This document shows positions 1 to 14,145 of a DNA stretch of 64,000 nt, one piece after another. Both the position numbers and the translations under genes were made by a program. Each line of letters starts with the position of its first letter. The stretch's first letter is position 1. The stretch is taken from the NCBI RefSeq assembly GCF_009914755.1, contig NC_060931.1. The stretch is one strand, 5' to 3'. Below the pieces are notes generated by a model, which was given only the letters and a program-made list of their open reading frames with translations, was not told where the DNA came from and made no database searches. Source of the DNA: the human T2T-CHM13v2.0 reference genome, Homo sapiens.

Positions 1-354
1 ATAATGTTTGATCAGAGAATACAAGCAAAATTTGAGGTCAAATGCACAGCAGCAGAATTAATTTACAAGATAAAAACTAGGAATAAAGATAAGTAGAGCT
101 ACATGTATAAGAAAATAGAATTATGTTTTAAAATAGCTTTAGAAATAGAAACAGCTATTTATAGGGAAACAAAGGGGATGTAATCAAGAACCTTCTAGAG
201 ACCAGACACATGAGTAACATAATGGTCCAAATTCACTCTTGATTTCTATCAAGGGCCCAAATATTCATAGAGTTCTGTCTCTTTCAACATGGTTGCCAGG
301 AAACACTTTCTCATATTCCGTACGGCCACACTGCTTTAATAGAGTTAATAATAT

Positions 355-358
<4 letters not shown>

Positions 359-390
<32 letters not shown>
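359..390. repeat. (CA)16 microsatellite
   Basis: Perfect CA run, followed by the 18-bp palindrome ATGCATGTGCACATGCAT (390-407). Confidence 0.97.
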
Positions 391-392
<2 letters not shown>

Positions 393-3273
393 CATGTGCA
401 CATGCATCTTTGGTTGAGTTCTAAAGATAGACTCTTAAATTCAAGACTTCTTATATTCTGCAACTCATAGAATAATGCTAGCCCCATACTTATTTAAACC
501 CAATGAAAGTCATAAGACATATATGCCTTTGAGTTTTAATATCTGTTTCTCCTCTTAAATTATGAGAGTGAAGCGTTAGTGACCTGTTTATATCACAAAG
601 CCAATAAAGTAAAAATTAAAACTCATTTTTATCTTTAAATGCAAACTCAATAAGTTTGTTGATCAGAAATAGTAACAAGTTAGATGTATTGCTTATTTGC
701 ATCTTAGTTCTCCCACAAAAATTATTTCAATTGAGTTTCAAATATTATTTTTGCTTATTTTAGGAAAATTATTTTTGTGTTTCAGAATTAGTTTCACTAA
801 AGACTGAAAATACAAGTCCCAAACATAAAGCACAACATAATTGTTTTTTAAAAAGCAAATTAATATAACGCAAGAAAAAGGTACGCATGCATACATTTAA
901 TGTCAGCCTTATATGCAGCTTGACTGACAGAGTTTTAATTCTCAAGAGACTCTGCCTACTGTGAATATATTCCTTCAGAATTTCTATTTAGAGATATGTA
1001 GGGTATAAAGATCAACATTGAGATGTATTTCAAAATGACTGAACTGCTCAACAATTTGTTGAAATACAAGGTAAACCAATTACAATTTATTTCTGAATTC
1101 ATTTATAGTATTTTATTCAAATAATTTAATATTTGGTTGAATGTAAGAATGTTATTTTTAATCAACCACTTAATTGCCACAGACAGTCACCTTGTAAATG
1201 TCACTGAGTACTTTCATATGTAAGTAACAGTTCAAATGTAATGCCAACATCAAATAAAGATTTTCCATATTGCCAAATAAAAGTAATTATCTGAAACAGA
1301 AACTGGGGAAATTTTTGAAATAGTATCTCATTAACCATCATTGGTCTACAAAATGATAGCAGTAGAAATGCAGCCTACAATAATAATAAGAGTATTGTGT
1401 ATGTGTGTGTGTGTGTTCCTATAAATCTAATTTTATGCTTTCATTGGCTTCATGAGGGCATGGAGAGGGCAAAAATGTCTCCACCAAGACGTGGGACATG
1501 AGAATAAGATTTCACTTTGGCAGTTAAATTCTAAATTCAACAAGCACATGTAAGATCAGAGATACACAAATATATGAGAACAGAATCACTTGCCAGCAAG
1601 AGGAACTTGACAGTAAATGGATCAATAAATTACCTGCTAAGTTTAAAAATGTGCCAGCTGGAAAAAAAATTGTCAGAAAGGTATACAAAGAAAAAAGGAG
1701 GCATTTTGGCAGCAGTCATCCATCATTAAGCAAGGAAGAGATTGCTTTGAACCAATAGCTGAACCCCTCATATGGAATAAAAAGTAAATCTATTGAGAAA
1801 ATGGACATATTTGGTGTTTTAGCCTGTAGGCATTAAATATTCAAATGATATAACTACTGCTCAGCTATATCCCAGCCTCTCTAACACCAGTTCTGGTTCC
1901 GTATTCAGCCAGCAATCTTCTGATGGTGGTTTTCTCATGCAGCTTGCCTAAAGGAAATGTGCTATGGCAGTTATATTTCTATTGTAAGAAAATAAATTGG
2001 CATTGTAACTTATATATGTCACCTTTGATTTTAATCAACATGAGATAGCCTTTTCAAGCTGGATCAACTTGATACTGTTGAACTGTAACAAGAATTTGTC
2101 CTTAAAAAGCAGAAGACCAGGTCACCCTATCCTACACTATGTTTAAATAAACATGGTAAATATCCTTTTGCAATGTCTCTCTTTGGCAAACTTGTGATCC
2201 CTTTTTCACGATATCTTTAAGAAGAAATCTACAAATACTATTGCAGTATACTACAAATAATTATAAACTTCTAAGTAAGTATATTTTCTAATTTTATAAA
2301 ATATTTATAAATGTTCTTTGTAATTCCATTATAGACCATATTATAGACAAAAATGTTGTTATATATCTTCTTCCCCTTACTAGAAATTAAAATTTTCTTA
2401 CTCCGATTTAAATATCTAATTTTATTAAGACTTTTTAAAGTATGCATAGATGTGAAGAAATTTGCATATTTTCTAATTCCTTCTTAATAGAACTCCACTT
2501 ATTATGATACTAAGGTATCTATCATTTGGGAATTCTGCTCCTATTATTTATTTCAAGATTTTACTTCAAGCTCTTGCATTCCAAAAGGACATACAGATGA
2601 GTTATATGTAGGCTTCACATAATTGTCTCTGAATAATGCTTGAATTCATTCTTAATCAAAAGCAGGAATCTTTCCATGTAAAGGTTGAATCCTGTTAAAT
2701 AAAGACTGAATTTTGTAGTATCTGAACGCTAGCCCTATTACACATGATAATGACTATTTATGATATTCACTAGTAATTTAAAATCCTTCAATTAATAGAC
2801 AGTGAGATGAATGTTTAAATAAGCCTTTAATACCTTTACGCTTGTACCTCTGGGTTCAGGTTTCCTACTCAGACTCCACTTTAACTAATTCAATAATTAA
2901 ATGTTTAATATAAAATAATCATTGAATAATAAAATCAACACCTTATACATTCGGAACGACGTGGGTCATTCATTCATACATTTATTCTACAAGTACTATG
3001 TCTAACTGATGGACGCTGATAAATCAGATTACAAACTGGTAACAGAGGTACCTCAATGCACAGAGAATATATACACACAGAACGATAAGACACATAAAAG
3101 TAGGTATTTGCTTTAGATAATTATTTGATTTTAATTCAATTGAAATAATATTTAGTTGAATATTTACTTCATGCTAAAAACATGCTACATGAAAACTGTG
3201 CAGAGTTGAAGAAAGGATTAAAGAAGACACAATTCAAAACAGAACTTAAGCATGCTTTTATAAATACATATAC

Positions 3274-3607
3274 CATGAAGCTGGAAGCCATCATTCTCAG
3301 CAAACTAACACAGGAACAAAAAACCAAACACCGAATATTCTCACTCATAAGTAGGAGTTGAACAATAATGTTCTCACTCATAAGTGGGAGAGAACACAAA
3401 GACACAGGGAGGGGAACATCACACACTGGGGCCTGTCGTGGGGGACGGGGGCAAGGGGAGAGAGAGCATTAGGACTACTACCTAATGCATGCTGGGCTTA
3501 AAACCTAGATCAAGGGTTGATAGGTGCAGCAAACCACCATGGCACATGTATACCCATGTAACAAACCTGCATGTTTTGCACTTGTATCCCAGAACTTAAA
3601 GTAAAAT
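3274..3607 (+). mobile_element. 5'-truncated L1 3' end (L1PA7/PA8-like)
   Basis: ORF2 tail ATGAAGCTGGAAGCCATCATTCTCAGCAAACTA and L1PA 3' UTR (GGTGCAGCAAACCACCATGGCACATGTATAC...CCAGAACTTAAAGTAAAA). The tail has decayed to (TA)n. Confidence 0.92.
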
Positions 3608-5107
3608 ATATATATATACACACATATACATACAGAAATTTGGAGATAGGACAGACTGAAAAGAATAACTCTCTTTAGCAAATATGGAAAGGGTGGTGAT
3701 GAAAGAAAATGGAATTTAGGGGAAAACATCACAGAAACAATGTGGATCTTAAAAAATAACTGGATTGTTAACAAACAGTGGCATTCCAAGCCAAGGCAAG
3801 AGCATATGCAAAGGCATAGAAGTTCACAAGTGCAGGCTTTTTATTCTGGAATAGCACTCTGCTTAATGTCCTTGTGGTGGTATTTTAATGGAGGATGGTC
3901 TCTGAAGATATTGCTGTAAAGATGATTTAGGTGAGAATCATTTAATTCAGGCATTATCATTCAAAAACTGCCACATGATAGTCACTCTGATTGACCCTGG
4001 AAGTACAGAGAGAATAACTGTACCTACCTTATAGAATTGCTGTGTGAATTAAGTTATTTGATATTCTTAGAGCATTTAATTCAGTGTTTGATTTTTAGGG
4101 GAAGCTTATTGTAGAACTGTTAGCTTCTTGTAGAACTCAAAAGTAGAGCTGAATCTAAAAAAATACAGATTTCTGAAGTCACATGAATATGTATGGTTGT
4201 TTCAGCCATGGCAGTTTAGAAGAGATGGCTCAAGATGAAGACCTGGCATAAGAACACAAGCTGTCCACACTAATATCCTCAATGCACAGAGAAAATAGTG
4301 AAAAATAGGCTTATTTTAAAAAGCATTCAGCTAAGTCAGATTAAAAGGAGAGACTGGAATTTCATAGGCCATGGAAGATGAGAGTGTCAAAATGGAGTGT
4401 TTGTCCATCCTTATCACATTCTTAGAGGGTTGGCAAAGTAATTGAACTGGAAAGAAGTCAATAAGGTTTTGGTTTCCAATGACAAACACTGTTCCTAAAA
4501 AGTGAAAATAAGGAAGAAGTCAGATTTTAATGGGATGACCAGGACCTACATAGTATAACAATCATTGGCAACATGTTCACCAAGTGTGATGATAAACAGA
4601 GGAAGAGAAAGAAGATATTTTTTAAAGAGAAGGAAACTCAAAGATTTTTAGTGTTTCTGTTCATTTATTTTACGTTTATGTATGTGAACTTTAAAGATAG
4701 GGAAGATGAGCATTTTGTTTAGAGGAAGGAGAAAGGGAAGCTTCTTGAAATTAAAGGAAAGGGTAACGGATAAATTTCTCATCTGGGGTGAAACATCACA
4801 GACTTCAAAATTCAGGGCATCGACATTCAGGCAAGGAGCAGCTACATCTATCTCTAACCCTCCCTGATTTATGAAGTAAGATATCCTGATATTCTGCTTG
4901 GCTTGGTAGTAGGTAAAACAGCCTACAGATAACAGGAAATCTCAACTGGCATATATAGATGAGACAAGGATAGGTTAATGAATGGGATCAATCAAACACA
5001 TGTAGGGAAGTCAAGGCATTTTAGGCAGAGGAAATGACAAGAATAAAACGAATAGCTTTTCATTTCCACTTGCTGTCTTCTTTCCATTAATGATAGGTAT
5101 AAGACAG

Positions 5108-5590
5108 GCAACATGGCATAATGGCTAAGAGCATGGAAACCTGATCCAGCATGAGATTGGATCCTGACTCTACCACTTATTATATGTATAACTCTGTGAT
5201 AGGTCATATGTAAACAATTCCCAAGGACAAACTCATGTGATGGCTCCAAAACATACAGCAGCTGAGGGAATGACTGCAGTAGTCCTAATGGGAAATTTGG
5301 GTTGCATACTTTCAGTGCTTGATTCTCCTAATCTGTAAAAGTGGTTTTCAACCCATCTAGAAGGCAGAGGCAAGTAATGCTGCTAAACATCCTACAGTAC
5401 ACAGTAGCACCTCCCACAGTAAATAATTATCCAGCCCAAAATATCAGCAGTGTCAAAGTTAAGACATCTTAATCCAAAAAATGGAGACAATAATTGTTGT
5501 GTACCGGGCTCATAAAGCTGTTGTAAGGTTTAAATATGTTAACCCTTGTAAAGCATGTAGAATAGTGCCTAGTGTTAAATGTACACAATA
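5108..5590 (+). mobile_element. MIR SINE, interrupted
   Basis: MIR-like head (GGCATAATGGCTAAGAGCATGG), core (ATCTGTAAAA...ATGGAGACAATAAT) and tail (GTAAAGCATGTAGAATAGTGCCT). Confidence 0.65.
5339..5470. mobile_element. MER20-like hAT-Charlie MITE, internally deleted, nested in MIR
   Basis: AGTGGTTTTCAACC start and GCTGCTAAACATCCTACAGTACACAG...AATTATCCAGCCCAAAAT typical of MER20. Confidence 0.7.
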
Positions 5591-6544
5591 AAGGCCAACT
5601 AACATAAAAATAATAACGACAATGATGATAATGTCTCAAATTCTATCCTATATTACTTCTTAAAAGTACATGAAATTCATCTCACCATTGTACCCATGTA
5701 TAAAGATAATTCAAGAGGCACATATCTATATGAGTAAAGAAGGCTTCTTAGACTATTTAACTGATATAAATATTTCTGGTTAAAAAGTAAAATATTATTT
5801 AGGATAGCCATTGTTCTAAGATAAATAACGAACTTAACTGCTTTTGTTTTCTCATTGAATTGTCCAAACATTTCAATGATAAATATGTTCAATTTTTTTT
5901 CTTATGACAGAATATTTGATTTTATTTAGAAGTAATATGTATTTGTAGGAAAAAGAACTGTGGTGAATTTTAATACAGAAAAATAAATATAAAACAAACA
6001 CTTGAGCAGAGAAAAATATGCAACCATGACTATAAAACTAATGATGGTTATTTTCTTTCCCTACCCAGCAACAGAACTTGTATTTTCATTTCCTGTCATT
6101 CATTTATTATTTCAAAACTTGTACGGGATAGAATCCCCACAGCTGCAACATTAAAAAAAAATTTAAAAAATGAATAGTTTTAATTTTAGTTTACTTAAAC
6201 ATGTAAGTTTGTATTGTTGCTTTGTTTCAATTTGTTTCTTTGTTTTATCTCATATAACAAGAATTCCACCAATGTGGCGACAGTTACAATAGGTCAGGGC
6301 TCTGTTTCCATTTGTCTTTTGTTTTTCATGGTTCCATCTTCCTTCTTCTTTGGGCTTCATTATCAGACAAGTAGAAAAAAGCTAAGATACTTCTTGAGAG
6401 TCTTTTAAAGGTCCAATATACAACAACATCCAGAGATAAGAAAAGGGTTTTTATTCTTATTGAAATCATAACACCTTGGCCAGAAGTTCTCCTTCCAGCA
6501 GATTTTCCCTTTTAACTCACCGACTTACGAATAAACAAATCAAA

Positions 6545-6847
<303 letters not shown>

Positions 6848-7020
6848 AAACAAGTCTATTTCAAACAGAATTATGCCATCACCAGTTTAGACAAATATGG
6901 CTTCTCTTCTAAATAAATGTTTTCCCAGAATAAATGGCTATGAGGCAGAGGAGACTATTTGATTAAAGCCGAGATTATCTTAGGAAAGAAGAAATAGAAA
7001 GGTTAGACAAGGGTTCTGTA

Positions 7021-7182
7021 TCACTTCATCCTACACTTTAATGTGTACATGAACCATTTAGAGATCTTGATAAAGTGCCAATTTGGAACCAGTAGTCCTG
7101 TAGGTAATCTTAGATCCTGAATTTCCAATAACTTTCCAGCGATGCCAATAATCCTGGCCCCTGGACAAAAATTTGAGTAGGA
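7021..7182. mobile_element. MER5A/MER5A1-like hAT MITE
   Basis: ACTTTAATGTGTACATGAACCA...GATCTTG...TTCCAGCGATGCC...TTTGAGTAG matches the recalled MER5A1 layout. Confidence 0.65.
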
Positions 7183-7744
7183 AGGTGTGAGAACTTTCAT
7201 TATGCACTTACTCTGAATTTGGTCTTTACTAGTACTTGAAATGCAAAGTAAAATAATCATGGTCTGTATCCTCAAGGAAATCAAGAGTAATGGGGAATTT
7301 ATAGTCTAGTGTTAGTCTAGATTTCTAGTGGGAAAAGAAAAATACATGAATATATCATTACAAACTTGAAATTTGAAATATGGTTATCCTTACACTCTCA
7401 GTATAAAATAAGTTGATATTTAACTCTTATGGATTACATGCTAATGTAATCACCTTGCAAAAATATTTAAAAGTGTTAAGTCATTTATTCCTATTGATAA
7501 TTTTAATAGATGTGATATGGAGATAAACTCTATATTTTATCTCTACATCTCTAGGTACCGAGATATAGTGAGTACTTTTTTAAGTTTATAATAGCTTCTC
7601 TATTCACCTAATTATTTGAAATTACTTATAAAATTATTTCTGATGTACTCAAATATTTTGTAACAACAGTGCACTTTATTGTGATAAAAATAAACGGTCT
7701 ACACATTTATGGAGTTTTTTGTTAAACTTCAGAATACAAGAATT

Positions 7745-8225
7745 GGTTGTCATATTACTCTAGATTCTCTGAGAAGCAGGCACCAAAATAAAATTTAATG
7801 AGAAAGAAATCTCACAGAGGAAAAACCTGTGAGAGAAAATGGGGAGAGAGCTAAGGGATGCTTACAGAGTCATTAAACCATGATACTGCTAAAAAAAAAA
7901 AATAATAATAATAAAAGAGGGAGGTAAATTTTACTTAGTTGGTGTGGCAGCATTTCAAACTGCCATGTATACTTAAGGCAAGTTAGGCAGTTAGGCAAGG
8001 CAGATGAAGAGTCCTCAAGCCAAAGCTGTGCATCAGAGGACAGCTGCATCTCCCAGGAACAGGCCTGCGTTGGTATCCTGCCATACTCAATCTTTGGGAG
8101 TAGCCTGAGGTTGTCCATCAGCGCAAGAATCTATGTGAATTTCAAAGCACTGCTGCTAGGCCCTCGGACAGTTAAGCTCCCTGCAGCTAGAGACCTGAGA
8201 GGCACATTCTCATGGACATCATGGT
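7745..8225 (-). mobile_element. Old ERVL-class solo LTR (LTR16-family-like)
   Basis: Reverse-strand start ...CCATGAGAATGTGCCTCTCAGGTCTCTAGCTGCAGGGAGC resembles the LTR16 5' end. GC content is raised relative to the flanks. Confidence 0.5.
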
Positions 8226-8364
8226 TATATCAAATAGACAGTGTCCTTTGCAGAGCTAATAGAGCCAAGCCAAGTTCCTTACATTTAAATTTGTTCTATT
8301 CAGCCATAGGCATAAAGTGACAATTGATCTAAAGGTGCTTTCTGATATCTTGAAAATAACTCCA

Positions 8365-9552
<1,188 letters not shown>

Positions 9553-12500
9553 GAAAATAACTTCAATTTATCTTATGTACATAAGCAAAAATATTAGATT
9601 TAAAATTCTAGTATACATGAGACTTCAGGATGCTTTGCAAAATTCTCACTTTGTGAGGAGTTAGGTATTAAAACTGGACATGCTGAAGGACACATTTCAG
9701 TACATTCCAGGAAAGCCTTAACATGAAAACTTAACACTACAGCTACTTGCTGCTGAATGGTGTAACTTGGGCAACACAGAAGTAGGAAAAAGCTAAAGTG
9801 ATGAAAATCACACCTGGAAGATTCCCAATGTATTGCGTGATACACAAGCAAAGACCAAATGTTGGGAACAATATAAAAAGTATAGTGTTTAATCCATTTA
9901 TAAAAGAAATCTTGAAATTTAAATACAACAGATATATGTGATGATGTCATGGTCAATTTCTTTAGCAGTATTTATTACCTTCCTTTCATAGAAATTTCTA
10001 TATTAAAAAATTAATTCAGGATCATCAAAATTATTCCAGTTCCTTGAATTTTCAGTCACTGCTGTGATTTCAGTGGCATGTTCATTCAATGAAAGAGTGA
10101 GCAAGATGCTCAAATGTTATGAAATGTCAATGACTATATATGGTGAGAAGAGAATAACTAATTTAGCAAAGCATCAAGACTTGGCTTTAAATTATTGCAA
10201 CTGTCAAGTTCTGAGAAGAAAACAACAGCTGCCTAATGCCTACATTCAGGAATGGGGTTGTTCTGCAATCAAGACATCTGGGCAACCACAAGTCAGAAAT
10301 AATTTTTCAAATAGTGACTAGTTTTTAAAATGTATTCTGTAGTAGCAAATCAAATAATCAATTTTATTAGTGCATTAATGTGGAACAAACTTTTGGTTTG
10401 TCTTCATGCAATTTATATTACAAAACTAATCAGTTCAACAAAAAATGGGGTGCCCACTGTTATTGTCAACTTCTTTCATGGCTGCATAGTATTTCTGGAA
10501 ATATATACCAAGATAAATTGGGAGCAATAAGCATAATTTTATTACTTTTATTTGAAATAAAGGCTTACTCTATGAGAAAAGATAGTACTTTACCTGCTAC
10601 AAAACATCTACATTGTGCTTTTTGATGGTTAGCAGATTTAATAAAAAGCTAATTGTTTCATGTCATAGTTGAGCAAAGTCAACTAAGAAACCTAATTGAA
10701 AAGATTTCAAGTCTTGGGGAGATAAAGAAAAGCCAAAAAAACCTAGTTTGAAAGTGGAATTTAGTGTGTTAAAATTTCAAAAGCAAAACATTTTGTAAAG
10801 CTTTGAGAAAAAAAATATAGTTTGGAACTTAAAAGAATAAATTTATGCTTCAGAAGTTTTGAAATACTATGGAAATGTAACATACTATTAATAAACAGTA
10901 TACTCCCACAATTATTATCACAAATATAATATACCCGACAATCAGAATAAAATTCAAAGACTGCAACTTGAAAACCTCTCACAATTACTACTAAAAGGAA
11001 AATCAGTGTGCTTTTAGAATATAATATTTTAGAAAATTGCTTATAAATATTAAAAGAAGCATGTGCAGTAGTTTTCTTTGTCATAAATTAGAAGAGTCAA
11101 TCTCTTATGCTTTTCAGTTTACATTATTGCTTCCATTTAAATCCTGAGCAAATTTTAGAAAAAAAAATTAAAAAGAGATGCTTAATGGTTGAAAACTCTA
11201 TGACAGAGGTAACTGAATTTTAAAACTGACTTCTTCAAGTCAAAGGGCCATAGGAGATTATTTCAACTCTTTTGAATTAAAAATCTTTTATTGAAGGTCT
11301 CTGACACAAGGACCCAATTGAAACTTTTCAAAAAAATATTTAAAGTTGGTAACCAGATGTAATGCTAATATAGAAACATAACTAAGAGCTTATCCTTTCC
11401 CCCTTATCTTTAAGGAAAATATGAAACAAATTTGCAGAAGAAAATAGCAGATAGCTTCCTCGAAGGCAAATTTTCATTCCAATTTTACTAGATCTTAGCT
11501 ACAGTTTGCAAAATTCACTTCTGATGTTTTATGCTAAGCACATCTGTTGTTAGTAGCTGGAAGACAAGCATGCTCATTTTTTTAGAAGTCTATATAAATG
11601 GAAAAGAGTGGCATTATGCAAAGGCTTTTAAAAGTATCACTTAGGATAAAATGAGAGCTGTTTAGTCCTTGTAAGCATATTCAAGAAGAATTTGTCTCTG
11701 AGCCTCAAAGCAGATTTCTGTAAATTATTTTACCCTAAGAGATGTGAATCCCTCTTGTGGATTAAAAACAGAACACTTCACAAAGGTTTAGATTCCAATA
11801 ATCAGGTACCTACACACTATAACGAACTATATAAATAATTAGATCAACTGAAATAATTTAAAAAGTAAATTTGAATTATTTGGTTACATTATTTAACAAA
11901 TTTGAGGGATATTGCAGTAACTAATACATTTAACAAATAAAATAATAAAATATACCTCCAAAGTAGGTGTCATTACTGGCTCTAAATAGTATTAACCAAC
12001 TGAGAAAAATACCGACTTTTCTTTAATAGTGAACTCAAATAATATTGGAGGGCTGTGTGTGTGGGGTGTGGAGTGGGGAGTGGTATATGACTTACCTTAC
12101 ATTAAATATGTTTGTCTACCACAGGTCTTTAGAGCAAGGTGAATCAGTCTCTTCAGTATTCAACATATTCCACTATTGTAAGCCTCTTTAAGAAGATACT
12201 GAGAGGTGACAGCGTGTTGGCCGACCTCACAGCCCACGCTCGCTCTCCGGGCCTCCTCCGCCTTGGCGCCCACTCTGGCCGCGCTTGAGGAGCCCTTCAG
12301 CCCACCGCTGCACTGTGGGAGCCCCTTTCTGGGCTGGCCAAGGCCGGAGCCGGCTCCCTCACCTTGCGGGGAGGTGTGGAGGGAGAGGCGCCGAGGGAGA
12401 GGCGCCGGCGGGAACCCGGGCTGCGCGGCGCTTGCGGGCCCGCGCAAGTTCCGGGTGGGCGTGGCCTCGGCAGGCCCGGCACTCAGAGCGGCCAGCCCGC

Positions 12501-12859
12501 CGCCGCGGCAGTGAGGGGCTTAGCACCTGGGCCAGCAGCTGCTGTGCTCGACTTCTCGTCGGGCCTTAGCTGCCTCCCGGCGGGGCAGGGCTCGGGACCC
12601 GCAGCCCGCCATGCCTGAGCCTCCCCCGCCGTGGGCTCCTGCGCGGCCAGAGCCTCCGCGACGAGCGCCACCCCCTGCTCCACGGCGCCCAGTCCCATCG
12701 ACCACCCAAGGGCTGAGGAGTGCGGGCGCACGGCGCAGGACTGGCAGGCAGCTACACCTGCGACCCCCGCGAGGGATGCACTGGGTGAAGCCAGCTGGGC
12801 TTCTGAGTCTCGTGGGGACTTGGAGAACCTTTATGTCTAGCAAAGGGGTTGCAAATACA

Positions 12860-13213
12860 CCAATTGGCACTCAGTAGTATCTAGCTCAACGTTTGTAAAC
12901 ACACCAATCAGCACCCTGTGTCTAGCTCAGGGTTTGTGAATGCACCAATCCACACTCTGTATCTAGCTACTCTGGTGGGGACTTGGAGAACCTTTGTGTG
13001 GACACTCTGTATCTAGCTAATCTAGTGGGGACCTGGAGAACTTTTGTGTGGACACTCTGTATCTAGCTAATCTAGTGGGGACCTGGAGAACTTTTGTGTC
13101 TAGCTCAGGGATTGTAAATGCAACAATCAGCACCCTGTCAAAACGGACCAATCAGCTCTCTGTAAAATGGACCAATCAGCAGGATGTGGGTGGGGCCAGA
13201 TAAGAGAATAAAA
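12860..13213 (+). promoter_or_regulatory. LTR12 enhancer/promoter array: CCAAT (NF-Y) boxes, GATA motifs and AATAAAA TATA-like box
   Basis: CCAAT at 12860, 12904, 12945, 13148 and 13172. AGATAAG at ~13198. AATAAAA at 13207-13213. ERV9 LTRs are known NF-Y/GATA-dependent promoters; activity of this copy is untested. Confidence 0.6.
12951..13100. repeat. 3 x 50-bp tandem repeat within LTR12C
   Basis: Units at 12951, 13001 and 13051. The last two are identical at 49/50 positions. Confidence 0.95.
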
Positions 13214-13579
13214 GCAGGCTGCCCTTGCCAGCAGTGGCAACCAGCTGAGGTTCTCTTCGACATTGTGGAAGCATTGTTCATTTGCTCTTTGCAATAAACC
13301 TTGCTGCTGCTCACTCTTTGGGTCCACATTGCCTTTATGAGCTGTAACACCACAGAGGTCTGCAGCTTCACTCCTGAGCTAGCCAGACCACGAACCCACT
13401 AGAAGGAAGAAACTCCGAACACATCCGAACATCAGAAGGAAGAAATAAACTCCAGACATGCTGCCTTTAAGAACTGTAACACTCACCACGAGGGTCCGCG
13501 GCTTCATTCTTGAAGTCAATGAGACCAAGAACCCACCAATTCCGGACACAATACCATTTAAGTTTAGAACCTAACAATT

Positions 13580-13720
13580 ACAAGGAGCCAGACACATGAG
13601 GAGGATAAGGTATTATGGAGAGAAGAATCATTCTAAGCAGAGGGAAAAAAGTCTTGCAAAGGTCCAGGAGCCGGAAAGTGGTTTGCACTTGCTGGTTTAA
13701 AAAAGGGCAATGTGGCTAGG
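13580..13720 (-). mobile_element. L2 LINE fragment (probably resumes ~14030-14500)
   Basis: ATTCTAAGCAGAGGGAA...TGCAAAGGTCCAGGAG...AATGTGGCT is typical of the reverse strand of L2. Confidence 0.5.
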
Positions 13721-14028
13721 CAGTGGCTTTCAAAATACTTGACCCAGACCCACAGTAAAAAAATTAATTTTACATTGTCACCTAATACACACCTAGAGAC
13801 ACCAGACAGAGACACACACTTACACATGTATAGCTTAGAGTTTTATGAAGCATTATTCTCTTACTACATGTTATGCACTTTTACCTTTGTTTCTATTCCT
13901 TTAATTTTGTTTTGTTCTCTCTGTCTATCTCTCTCTCCCCTCTCTCTCTCTCTCTCTCTCTCAACACAGACAGGCCCTTGAGTTGACTTCACAACCCACC
14001 AATGGGTCAGCTTGCATTTTGTGAAACA
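13721..14028. mobile_element. hAT-Charlie-type MITE containing a (CT)n tract (13917-13962)
   Basis: CAGTGGCTTTTCAAA start, GACCCACAGTAA, and ACCCACCAATGGGTC...TGAAACA end. Family uncertain. Confidence 0.45.
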
Positions 14029-14145
14029 AAGGAATAGGGAAGAGTGTGGTAGAGACTGATGTAACACGATGCGGGCAAAGCCAGCAGATGCCAGAGTGGA
14101 TAGGGTGTGTAGGACACTAAAAGGGGTTTTCTTTATCAGCTATAC

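Larger units (their letters stand above)
12200..13550 (+). mobile_element. Solo LTR12C (ERV9/HERV9 LTR)
   Basis: TGAGAGGTGACAGCGTG start and CCAATTCCGGACACA end. Exact 4-bp TSD ATAC (12196-12199, 13551-13554). CpG-rich U3 and CCAAT/TATCTAG repeat array. Confidence 0.96.

Noticed and set aside
12951-13100. Regularly spaced repeats as a CRISPR-like array
   Set aside because: Head-to-tail tandem units without unique spacers, inside a primate LTR.
12160-13371. Cluster of overlapping Pro/Ala/Arg-rich ORFs
   Set aside because: All lie in the GC-rich LTR12C, where stop codons are rare.
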